From Podarcis erhardii (lineage: Eukaryota), in the NCBI GenBank assembly GCA_964252035.1, contig OZ176205.1: a DNA stretch of 64,000 nt; one strand, written 5' to 3'. The notes under the pieces are model-generated. The model made no database searches. It had not been told where the DNA came from and saw nothing but the letters and a program-made list of their open reading frames with translations. Position numbers and translations under genes: made by a program. The first letter of the stretch is position 1, and each line of letters opens with the position of its first letter. Below, piece by piece: positions 1 through 11,290 of this stretch.

Positions 1-306
1 CAGGAGCAAACTGAGCAAACTGAGACCTAGGGGTGGCCCCAGGGGCTGTCACGGGAGGCGGACCCTGGTGATGTCATGGGCAATTCTTCCTCTGTGTTCC
101 CTCCCACCACTGAGTCCTGGAGATGGAGGTTAATTGGGAGAGGGAAGGAGGGAGTGGTGGAGGTCACAACTGCTCCCCAAGACACACAATAATTTGCAGC
201 CAGCTCAAGCCAGTCTGAAGGTTGGAACCTCACACATAGTCTGCTTAATATATACATTTTTTAAGGCATTCTCTCTGTCACCTGGTTATTCAAACCCTCC
301 TCCTGC
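1..306. mobile_element. LTR-like repeat, copy 1 (truncated by window edge; 3' end abuts a Sauria SINE tail)
   Basis: About 290 bp nearly identical to 5267-5558; ends ctcctgcc. Confidence 0.5.
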
Positions 307-368
307 CGCAACCCCAGAGTCAGCCACAACTGGACCTAATGGTCAGGGGTCCCTTTACCTTTACCTTT
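303..368 (+). mobile_element. Sauria SINE 3' fragment
   Basis: gccgcaaccccagagtc...cctaatggtcaggggtccctttacctttacc. Confidence 0.85.
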
Positions 369-1179
369 ACAACTCCATTTTGAAATTATCAGAAAAAGGA
401 GACTGGGAATAGATGGGAAGAAAGGCACAGATGTTCTTAAGAAGTATTTCATCATCAGTGGAGGAAAGGAGACAAGCAACAGTTGCAAAAAGGGAGGATC
501 TGTCCATCATATTAGAGTCCCAATCTATGCACTGCTCCGATTCCCAATGGATATTGCATAGATGTTTCCAAAGTGATCGAAGAATTTAATTTTAGATGCT
601 ATGATTTACAAAATGCCATTTTTAAATATATACCAGATGGAGAGATTCTGCATTTTTCTGTGAATTGCACATCTAGATTTTTCTCACTGTCCTCTCTGCT
701 GATCTTTAAGGTGATGCCGAGAAGGTCACACACGGTGGAGGTTTAACTCTCTTCTTTGTAATTAGGATTAATAACACTTGCCTTTCAAATGAAGAGGATT
801 AATTAATTCTTGTAAGTCACCAGAGAGCCTCTTTATTATTATAGGTAGTGATTTCATCTGCAGGAAAGCTCCTCTGGTTAAATCTTAAAAAGTGCTATAG
901 CAGGCTATAACTCAGCCACCGCAGAATGGCAGAATTTGTCTTCCTGAGTTGGGCAGAAGTGTATTTATCTAGAATATATAATGACAAGAAGAGCTCTGTT
1001 GCTTATGCTACCTGGAGAATTAAAAGTATTTTCCTAAGGTCTGTCCTTCCGCCCTGCAAATACTATGGGTGCAATTCCATGTAGTCTTAAGTGGGGAATG
1101 CATGTGCAGAACAAAGTCCGCTCGGGCAACAGGACTGACCTGGGGGTTCCCCTTCTGAGCAGATTTAGCACACATGTTC

Positions 1180-1313
1180 CACAACAACTTAGGGCTCACT
1201 CTTAATTTCAGGGTTGTGAGTTCAAGCCCCACATTGGGCAAAAGATTCCCTCATTGCAGCGGGTTGGACTAGATGATCCTTGTGGCCCCTTCAAACTCTA
1301 CAATTCTATGATT
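1180..1313 (+). mobile_element. Short tRNA-derived SINE with CR1-type 3' tail
   Basis: B-box-like gagttcaagccc followed by ggttggactagatgatcc...attctatgattc; related copies at about 27280-27372, 34060-34183 and 35432-35487. Confidence 0.7.
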
Positions 1314-2983
1314 CACACTTACCTTTCCTCCCGTGCTTTCTAGGTACAGTTTTCCCTCCCAGTGTGGTCCTTTCCCTGTGAAAAACTGACTCTTTAATGC
1401 TGAATCAGAACAAACAGCAATTAGGGGTTTCTGCAGATTGCTGTTTGCTCCAATTCTGCAGTAAAGAGTGGACCTGGGCCTAGAAATGCCACACTAAAGG
1501 AAATCCAGAACCCTTGGTTTAATCCTGCCCTGCAGGTCTGGATATCCTTGTGCACAGATCTAGGATGTCTAACTTTAGGGACACTGTTGCTTCCTTAAGG
1601 AACATCTCTTCTCAGTTTATCCTGCCTCAGAAGGAAGGTAGGAGCACTTCTTTTCTCATCAGGATTTAGCCTAGCTTTCTTCCTGACATGCTTATCTTCT
1701 GTTTGCGGGTGTTTTTATGACTTGAAAAACATCTTATTGCTGGAGCCCCCACCTGCAGCATGATATAGTAGAAGCCTGTCTCCCGCTTATCTCTTCAGAG
1801 AGAGCATCTAGCTCAACATTTTATCGTTTCTGCTGTTGCTAAATATATAAGAAAAGATCACGAGAGCTTTCCAAACCAGAACAATGATGTGTGGAGCAAA
1901 ATAAGCTGCGATTAAAAAATATATATATGCAAAGCAGCTCAATTTCTTTCATGCATCTGCATTGATTTTATGAGCCAGCTGAAAATTGGTGAGGACACTG
2001 AGAAGAGGCGGGATTGAAGGTATATGGATTTGAATGTTTGAAGACAAATGCTTGCTTGACTCAAATCTTGTTCAGGGTGTGCAGAGTTGATGTGCATCAG
2101 CTTAAATGCAAATTTGCAAAGTTTTGGGTGGTTTCAAATCAGATTTTTTAAGAATTACACCTGCCATTGTAGGCAATGTTTGAATTTCACAGTGTGTGAT
2201 GTGCAGAATTTCTGGCGAGTTTGTTGAAGACAGCTTTCCAATTTTCACAATTTGCGGTTATAACTTCCATTTAATTGAAGACTTTTGGCACTCCATTCTG
2301 GCTGAAGCTTTCATCCTTTACAGAGATAACCACTTTCATTCCACCCTGTTCTGCCCTCTTCCTTCAGGCCATTTAAGCACATGCCTGAGACGTTCTGAGT
2401 GACCCTTGTAAACTGTGCGCAGTAGACAAGTGGGGAGAAACTTGCAATCGCGGACATGCCCATCTTTAGTCCCTGTTAAGTGTATGTAATATGTTGAGAT
2501 GCTGGGATTGAAGTTGGGACCTTTCCCGTGCAACGCATATGCTTTATCATTGAGCTGTGGCTCCAGGGTCTTTTGAATTTTAATAGCCTAACTATTGGGA
2601 CAGTGAATGGGGTTTCCAGCTCCTCACAGCTACACTCCTCAAACCAGTTTAACAACAATATCTTCCACACCAAGGGACTACCTCTGTTGAGGGCATGCGT
2701 TCGTGGGTTAGGAATTGCTAAAATGAAATCCGCAGCCTTTCCCCCCCAAACTACAGCTCTGACAATCCTTTGGAAGATCAGAATTTGTAGAAAGCTGATG
2801 TCAGGTGGTATCTGATGCTGAGTAGATGTGGTCATGGTGGCACCTTGATGGTGGTTGAGAGGAAGAATACTCCTTTGGGGAATCTTAACATTGGCTTCAT
2901 GTTCCAAATCTACTGTAAGTGGACAGGTTTTCCTCATTCTTACGGTCTTTATTGATGTTGGAACAGCAGAGAGATGTAATAAA

Positions 2984-3238
2984 GGAGATCAGTGTGGTGT
3001 AGTGGTTAAGAGCGGTATTCAAGTAATCTGGGGAACCGGGTTCGCTTCCCCGCTCCTCCACATGCAGCTGCTGGGTGACCTTGGGCCAGTCACACTTCTT
3101 TGAAGTCTCTCAGCCCCACTCACCTCACAGAGTGTTTGTTGTGGGGGAGGAAGGGAAAGGAGAATGTTAGCCGCTTTGAGACTCCTTAAGGGGAGTGAAA
3201 GGTGGGATATCAAATCCAAACTCTTCTTCTTCATCATC
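2984..3238 (+). mobile_element. tRNA-derived SINE (Squam3-like) with (TTC)n tail
   Basis: A box tggtgtagtggt, B-box-like gggttcgcttccc, CORE-like gtgaccttgggccagtcac, tail ccgctttgagactcctt...ctcttcttcttc. Confidence 0.75.
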
Positions 3239-3827
3239 ATTTTGGAGGGTGACGTTTATTTGGCCTCGGGCAACAGTTTGTTGATAGGCTCACTTATAGG
3301 AATCCTTTCCTCTGCTGTAACCTTACTGTGGTTTGTTCCCTCATGTTCTACATCAACAGTGGGGAAACCTATGGTCTGCAGGCCCAATACGGCCCAATAG
3401 TGGTCCTAAATTGGCCTGTGAGGCTGTTTTACCCAACCTGTAGCTAGCTACCTGATGCCCTAGGCGATGTCAGGTGTGGAGCAGGCAAAGTCTTGGCTGC
3501 ACAGGAGCATAAAATGCACTCCTGGTTTTTCCTAGGCACCCACCCCAATTGCTCATAATCCAGAAACTAGTTTTGACTGATAGATTTATGTGTTTAAAAT
3601 ATTATGCTGAATCTAGGCCTCTAAAGTGGACTGACTGCTGAGCCCTTTCAGAGTTTACCTGCTCGATGGAACTCTTAGCTCATGTTCTAATTTTCTTCGT
3701 TGTGTTTCTTTTCTTCCCACCTTCCTTTTTAAAAAAACCTTTGCTTTCTCCCCTTTTGGTTTCTCCCGTCCTCTTTTTTTCTTACCCCACCTTTCCCCCC
3801 TTTTTTGAAAACACTCGAAACCTAAAG

Positions 3828-3857
3828 CTCACAAACGCAAACCTATGGGGCTTCCAG
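3828..3857 (+). CDS. KCNQ2: KCNQ2 30-nt microexon (human exon 9 equivalent), (S)SQTQTYGAS(R)
   Basis: ctaaag|CTCACAAACGCAAACCTATGGGGCTTCCAG|gtatgg; phase 2-2; translation matches the SQTQTYGASR segment of mammalian KCNQ2. Confidence 0.95.
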
Positions 3858-4681
3858 GTATGGAGATGCATGTGGATTGAAGTTCGTGTGTCATGTTGTG
3901 GTCGTTTTGTTTTGTTTTGTTGGGAATGAACCCTGCTAAGCTTGGTTTTAGACACATGAAAAGAGAGACCCTCTACACAACGCAGGCGACAAAGCCACAT
4001 AGCCAGGCACCGACACCTACACAATATTACGATTCCGTGCACCTTCTCTGCAAAACGTATCAGATATTGCTTTGCATAGAAAAATGGGTCGAGACATGGC
4101 TCTTTCAAATTAAGAAGAAAACTGGTGAGTACGGAGGGCCGGACGAGTTTGTCTTTTCCCAGCAAACATTTTAAGCACCCTGTGTTTATACATCTACAAA
4201 GGGTGACTGGGTTTCCCTAAGATCTAGGAGAGAACTGTATCTTCACCATTCACCTGGCCTGTGGCTGTATGAATAAACAGACACTGCTATGAGGGCAACC
4301 CTGCTTTATAACTGGGCACAGTGCTTTGCACCAGTCCTTTTAAGTGTGTTTTATATTTTTGTCAATTGATGGCTTTCTATAGCACTCCTGCTGATCCCTC
4401 CTCTCTCCTCTGCATTTTCTTTATCTACTAACTTCCTCTCCGTCTCCACCACAATCTTCACACCCTCTTATTTCTGTCCTCTATGCAAGCCACTGAATGC
4501 AGGAAACTACCCTACAGCAAGTCATGCCATTGGTCCATAGAGCCCAATACTGTCTACTCTAGCGGGCAGCAGCTGTCCGGCATGCTGGAAAAACCTGCTG
4601 CCTGAGATTCTTTTTAATGAGAGTTGCCGGACATTGGACCTTCTTACTGTGTCTTTTAGGGCCTAACTACATGTTACTCTA

Positions 4682-5031
4682 GGGACGCGGGTGGCGCTGT
4701 GGGTTAAACCACAGAGCCTAGGACATGCCGATCAGAAGGTTGGCGGTTCGAATCCCCGCAATGGGGTGAGCTATTGTTGCTCGGTCCCTGCTCCTGCCCA
4801 CCTAGCAGTTCGAAAGCACGTCAAAGTGCAAGTAGATAAATAGGTACCACTCCGGTGGGAAGATAAACAGCGTTTCCGTGCGCTGCTCTGGTTCGCCAGA
4901 AGCAGCTTAGTCATGCTTGCCACATAACACGGAAGCTGTAGAAGAAGTTCCCTCGGCCAGTAAAGCGAGATGAGCGCCGCAACCCCAGAGTTGGCCACGA
5001 CTGGACCTAATGGTCAGGGGTCCCTTTACCT
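4682..5031 (+). mobile_element. Sauria SINE (Squam1/POM-type), full length
   Basis: gggacgcgggtggcgctgtgg head, (TTTACC) tail; 11-bp TSD tacatgttact at 4668-4678 and 5032-5042. Confidence 0.93.
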
Positions 5032-5231
5032 TACATGTTACTTTAAATGTGTCATGTGATGTAATGTCAAGGTTCTAAAAACTAAAACCAACTGCATGGG
5101 GATCTGAATTGGGCCAAAATCCATGCAGGGTGGCAGTGATGTTTTAATGCATCCACCTCTCTGCTGCAATTTGAAAAGAATCATTCTTCCCCCCACCCAT
5201 AAATATTACATAGGAATTAAAGGTTGATAGG

Positions 5232-5558
5232 TCAGGAGCATCTCACACTCTGAGATTTCAGGGCCCCAAACTGAGACCTAGGGTGGCCCCAGGGGCTGTC
5301 ACGGGAGGCGGACCCTGGTGATGTCATGGGCAATTCTTCCTCTGTGTTCCCTCCCACCACTGAGTCCTGGAGATGGAGGCTAATTGGAAGAGGGAAGGAG
5401 GGAGTGGTGGAGGTCACAACTGCTCCCCAAGACACACAATAATTTGCAGCCAGCTCCTGCCAGTCTGAAGGTTAGAATCGCACACATAGTCTGCTTAATA
5501 TATACATTTTTTAAGGCATTCTCTCTGTCACCTGGTTATTCAAACCCTCTCCCTGCCA
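5232..5558. mobile_element. LTR-like repeat, copy 2
   Basis: Direct repeat of 1-306; imperfect inverted termini gtcaggag...ctccctgcca resemble the solo LTR at 47002; no TSD found. Confidence 0.5.
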
Positions 5559-6418
5559 CTTGGAGGGGAACAGGCAAACCTGGTGACTTCAGACCAGTGC
5601 GGAGGTCTGACAACTCTAATAGCAATAATTTCAAAACTCCTACTGGTGTCAAAGAGAGTTTTTGCCTTTCTATCTCTATTTACCATGCCCTGGGGCAGAG
5701 GATTATATTAAAAAGCAAAGTCGTGTCAAGTGGAATGTACAAAATAGCAAACAGATGGACCTCCATTAAAACTGGTCCTCATTTCTAGTCCGCCAGAAAT
5801 TCACTTCCTTATTTTTAGGTTCTGTGCAGCTGGCATAATGTATAAAGACTTGATCGTGAAGGGTGTCATCTGGATTGGGTGGTATTCAGCTTTTACTCAC
5901 CATTGACCTATTGAAATTAATGGACCCAACTGAGTCATGTTCATTAATCTCAACAGGTCTACTCTGAGTAAAAGTTGAATGCCGCTCATTTATTTTGTTC
6001 CGTCCCACAAAGCTGGATATCAGTGGTATTTTGGGGCCGGGGAATGCTGTAATCGGCACAACCCCACGTAAGAAGTTCATTGCCATTGAGGTGATGTAGA
6101 ACTGCATAGTGGGATTTTGTTTGCTTCCTTGGCACCTTGGTAATGTCTGAATTGGATCTACACCCTTGCTTTTGAAAGAGCTAAGCCCAATGGTCACGAA
6201 GTAAGGATGAGTGATACAGGTATCCAGCAGCTTTTGGCAACATGGGACAATTTTTGAGAAAAACTGCCTTCCAGTGTACCTACCGTTTTCCTTTTCTCTC
6301 TTTTCACATCTCACTCACCCTTTCACTTTTCTTTTCTTAATCCTTTTCTGTTTGAATGAAGACAGACGTAAAATTTGTAATTTAAGACCCGGTGGGTGAT
6401 CCTCACCAAAATATATTA

Positions 6419-6419
<1 letters not shown>

Positions 6420-6463
<44 letters not shown>

Positions 6464-6910
6464 GATTTTTATTTATATCCCGCCCACCCCAGCCGAAGCC
6501 GGGCTCAGGGCGGCTAACAACAATAAAATAATACAGCATTCTAAAATCATTTCATTATAAAATTAATTCAAATCAAATTGATGGCAACCATTGGGCTAGA
6601 GTTCTGTGAAGATTGCCAAAGGAGGGAGTCAGGCTGTGCCCTGGCCAAAGGCCTGGTGGAACAGCTCTGTCTTGCAGGCCCTGCGGAAAGATGTCAAGTC
6701 CCGCAGGGCCCTAATCTCTTGTGGCAGAGCGTTCCACCAGATTGGAGCCGCAGCCGAAAAGCCCTGGCTCTGGTTGAGGCCAGCCTAACCTCTCTGTGGC
6801 CTGGGACCTTCAAGATGTTTTTGTTTGAAGACCGTAAGTTCCTCTGTGGGACATACCAGGAGAGGCGGTCCCGTAGATACAAGGGTCCTAGGCTGTATAG
6901 GGCTTTAAAC
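6420..6910 (-). mobile_element. L2-clade LINE 3' end with (TAA)n tail on the + strand
   Basis: Minus-strand translation FKALYSLGPLYLRDRLSWYVPQRNLRSS...ARAF, the L2 ORF2 C-terminus; microsatellite tail 6420-6462. Confidence 0.85.
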
Positions 6911-8293
6911 CATGCTTTGCAAAGAGCATAGTAGATGTACATACATTCCAACAAGTTAAATGCTGGATCAGGGCTGTCTAGGGTCTTATTTTCCCCTTTT
7001 AAGCAGCCAATGTATACCCACTTGTTTCTATGTCCATCCTGTCGCTTGTTTAAAAAAACACCACTTTTTTTTTTTTGCAAAGCTACCACATATCACATTG
7101 GTCTTTATCCTCGTCTTTCCCTCTGGTAGATGTTAGTGGCTTCATTGGTGCAACTCACTTTAGATAAGGCCACAACCCGTTCGTAGGTTGTGCTGCAACA
7201 GTTGATGAGCACCATTTTAACCACTTCCATCTGCCAGGAGCAGCCTTGTTCCTCTCTCTGCATTGTTTTCCCTGCTGTGAAATGGGTAAGTAGCTGTGCT
7301 CATCCCACAAAATATATGCGCTGGAGTAGAAGGCAGCTTCATACTGACATTATACAAATGGTCTTCAAAAAACTTCCACCTGGCTCTGACTTCCATCCCT
7401 TCACTTAACCTCTCTCCACTCTGAACTGTTTCCTTGAGCTGATCTCCTCCACCCAGTCCCCTCTCTCTTTCCCCCTGCTCCCCTGCCCTTGGAACGGCTT
7501 CATGTGTAACAAATAAAATTAACCCTTCGTGGTGTGTGCACGCGTGCATTTGTGGGAGTTGTGTATTGTTTCGTTCAGCCCATTCTTGTGTTTTTGTGTC
7601 TGGTATCGTTAGCTGACCGCTTTGAGGCATGGCCCAGCGTTACTGACCTTGCCTTAATGATGTGTGTGCTTCTCAGTAATTAGCCACCTGTGTTTCCCTT
7701 TTGCTATGGGCAGTGAGCAACTGGTATCCTCCTATTTTACACGCTACTGCAGTCGAAGAGCTGATTATCCATCTTAATGACGACTTTTAGCTTCCCATGA
7801 GTGATGTGCGTAATGAAGTCAATGAACCAGGCAGGAATCCGAAGACTTGATTGTGTTGGGCTGCATGCGCTGTGTTTTCATCCTGATGGTTTAAATCTCT
7901 GTGCCTAGCTGTTTAAGTGAAGCATGTTCCTTTCCAACAAGGTGACACCTCTTCCGGAAAAAGAGAGGATATTAAAATATCACTGCATGCAACGACAGAG
8001 CTGTCCAGGCTAAATTAAAAACAAGAGAGTTCTTAGGCATGTTGTCTCTCTTCCCACATTAATTTTTGAGGGATGCATTAAAGCCTTGAATTATGTAAGG
8101 CAATAACATCCAACTTGGCAAATTTGGTACTTTCAATGTTTTGGTCTGCACAATAAAATCAATATTGGGAATGGTGAACATGAGCATTTTTGCAAGGGAA
8201 CTGCAGCAAAAAGAAAAATAAAAAATATATATCTTCTTGAGAACTGCCCCTCAAACCCTTCCAATTAATTTCTGCCTGAAAAAAATGTATACT

Positions 8294-8417
8294 CAGGGCC
8301 TTTTTTTCAGCCGGAACTCAGCGGAACACAGTTTGGGCACCATTGCTACTCTAAGAGAATGAGGGAGGTGTTCATGGTGAATTCCGGTACCTCTTTTTCT
8401 AGAAAAATGTAGCACTG
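8294..8417. mobile_element. hAT-type MITE
   Basis: Imperfect TIRs cagggcctttttt / aaaaatgtagcactg; 8-bp flanks tgtatact / ggtatact. Confidence 0.65.
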
Positions 8418-8769
8418 GGTATACTGTATTACTAACAATGGATTCCAGTCTACACTTATTGTTATATATCTGGGTTTCTAGAAACTGTTTTGCCCTGATT
8501 ATGGCCAGAATTAGTTTAATTAGCAACAAGCAGAAGTGGGGAGACAGGACTTCAGTCCAACTATGTAGCCCAGCAACCACCAGTAAAGATCCAGTGCTGC
8601 CAGTAAGAAGGAAGGGCTCGGGCTCTGTTGCTTGGCAACCACCAGTTGCCAAGGCCACTACAGCCCATATTTTCTAGTTTCAAGGGAGAGTTTCTGTTCA
8701 TTACATCAAACTACACATTAAGCACTTGTAAAAATATATGAAGAGGGCTGCTTGATCGGGCCAAAGACT

Positions 8770-8770
<1 letters not shown>

Positions 8771-8822
<52 letters not shown>
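8771..8822. repeat. (TAT)n microsatellite
   Basis: Direct reading. Confidence 0.95.
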
Positions 8823-9250
8823 TTCTATACTGCTTTAGATTGTAAAAAAAAATCTCAAAACCATTGACAACACATTGAAACCTCCCATAAAACCACCCAG
8901 AATAAAACAAATTCAAGCTTCCAGGAAAATATTTTAGATTCTGCTTTCCCCATATTTATTTACTGACTTAATTTATAGAGCTGCCCCATAGCAGAAGGAT
9001 TCTAGGAAGGCAGTGTGGTGTAGTGGTTAGAGTATCTAGTCCAACGTTTTGTTTTTGGATATGCTGCTTATGCCTCTGCAAAGCCCACAAGCAGGATATG
9101 AATACAACACAGTCCTCTCCTGCAATTGCCTCATAGCAACTGCTAAATTGTAGAGGCAGCATAGAGACATCATGATGTCTAGCCTTTGATAGCCTTATCA
9201 AATGCATTGGTCTAACCCCCTTTAGAACAATCTGATTTGGTGATCATTGC

Positions 9251-9603
9251 TGGTGGCGCAGTGGGTTAAGCCACAGAGCCTAGGACTTGCCGTTCAGAAG
9301 GTTGGCGGTTCAAATCCCCACGACAGGGTGAGCTCCCGTTGCTCGGTCCCTGATCCTGCCAACCTAGCAGTTCAAAAGCACGTCAAAGTGCAAGTAGATA
9401 ATTAGGTACCGCTCCGGTGGGAAGGTAAACAGCGTTTCCGTGCGCTGCTCTGGTTCGCCAGAAGCGGCTTCGTCATGCTGGCCACATGACCCGGAAGCTG
9501 TACACCAGCTCCCTTGGCCAATAAAGTGAGATGAGCGCCGCAACCCCAGAGTCGGCCACGACTGGACCTAATGGTCAGGGGTCCCTTTACCTTTACCTTT
9601 ACT
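9251..9603 (+). mobile_element. Sauria SINE, near full length
   Basis: High similarity to the 4682-5031 copy; (TTTACC)n tail. Confidence 0.93.
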
Positions 9604-10582
9604 ATATCTAGTGTTGTGAGATAAGTAGAAAAAATATCTTCCCTCTTTTCCCACACAATGCATAATTCCCCTTAATCATGTCTCCCTTTATTTTCATTTC
9701 CCCGCTCAAACCCTGAAGCCCCAGTCATGTAGGCTTTCCTCACAGGGGAATGCATCTGTGTCTTCTGTTTCCCCTCGATTTGGGGTGAAGGAAGCCCCAA
9801 TTGTTATTCTGACTGCAACATGGGAAGAGGTGAGGCTTAATCTCTCCCACCCCAACTATGATCAGGAAGAAAATGCTTTCCCCCACCCCACCCACATAAC
9901 ACATGGGGATAGTGTTTAGTAAAAAAAAAAAAGTTGTGTTAAGTGTAACATGTAGTTCGGCCCTCAGAGCTCTGAAGAAGAGTGCAGGGAAAACTACAGC
10001 TGATACCTAGCCCTGATGGATGGATGCCCTATTTTAATGTAGAAGCCAGATCTCATAAAAATATGATTTGAGGAGTCTGTGGGTTCCTCCCTCAACACTT
10101 GAAGACTCTTTTCTTCACCCCATTCAATCCCATGGACACCACCAGGATTAAAACCCTGTTGTGATACTTTGCCAAACTCCCCATACATCACTGCTTTTTA
10201 TGGCATTTTCTTTACACTAAAGATTTTCCTTAGATTCCTGGGTCTTCCTCCTAGATAAGCTTTGCTGTCAGCCTTGGTGTCCAAGGAAGAGATTATGAGG
10301 CTTATGTGGAAGGAAGCTCCAGAGGCCAGATGGACCTCTGAGGTGACTGTCATGTAAAGGGAAGGCTCTGAAAACTGAGGACAGGGTGGAAAAGCTTTGC
10401 TGTCAGCCTTGCCTCCTGAGAAACAGCAGTGTGACACACCGCTGACTGCTGTGTTCAGGTTTAACTAATCCTTGCGGTCCTCCTCTCTCCAGGAGTTTAA
10501 AGCCAAGAGATTAGGGGAACAGCCTTCCCCATCCGCATTTTGCTATTTTTATCTCATCCCCGCCTTCTTTCGGGGTGTCTAA

Positions 10583-10777
<195 letters not shown>

Positions 10778-10882
10778 TGAGTTAGATGGCCGTGGATCCA
10801 GCCCACTCCCTCAAAGAAAATGTCATAGACAACACTAGACTCCTTCCATAGGCACCCTTTATATGTGTTATGTGAACATGCA

Positions 10883-10884
<2 letters not shown>

Positions 10885-10917
<33 letters not shown>
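10885..10917. repeat. (GT)n microsatellite about 110 nt downstream of exon 10
   Basis: Direct reading. Confidence 0.95.
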
Positions 10918-10920
<3 letters not shown>

Positions 10921-11036
10921 GGACTGGGTGATGTATTGATACGTCATCCAAAATTGGTTTGAAGTCCACATCGTGCTAATGGTTTCATGATATTTGACAT
11001 GGCGACGTATCACGAATCACAATGTGTCTGTGACGC

Positions 11037-11290
11037 TACCTGAAGGAGCGTCTCCACCCCCATCGTTCTGCCCAGATGCTGAGATCCTGAGGGCCTTCTG
11101 GCGGTTCCCTCACTGCAAGAAGCAAAGCTACAGGGAACCAGGCAAAGGGCCTTCTCGGTAGTGGCGCCCACCCTGTGGAACGCCCTCCCATCAGATGTCA
11201 AAGAGATAAACAAATACCTGACATTCAGAAGATATCTGAAGGCAGCCCTGTTCCGGGAAGTTTTTAATGTGTGACATTTTAATGTAATCA
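11037..11290 (+). mobile_element. L2 LINE 3' fragment
   Basis: tacctgaaggagcgtctccacccccat...gtggaacgccctcccatcagatgtc; same family as 18934 and 63125. Confidence 0.88.

Noticed and set aside
4568-4590. Partial RE1-like sequence gcagctgtccggcatgctgga
   Set aside because: About six mismatches to consensus and lies within a common repeat fragment
5886-6314. 142-aa minus-strand ORF, possible processed pseudogene
   Set aside because: No recognisable protein similarity, poly-A or TSD; includes a common short repeat
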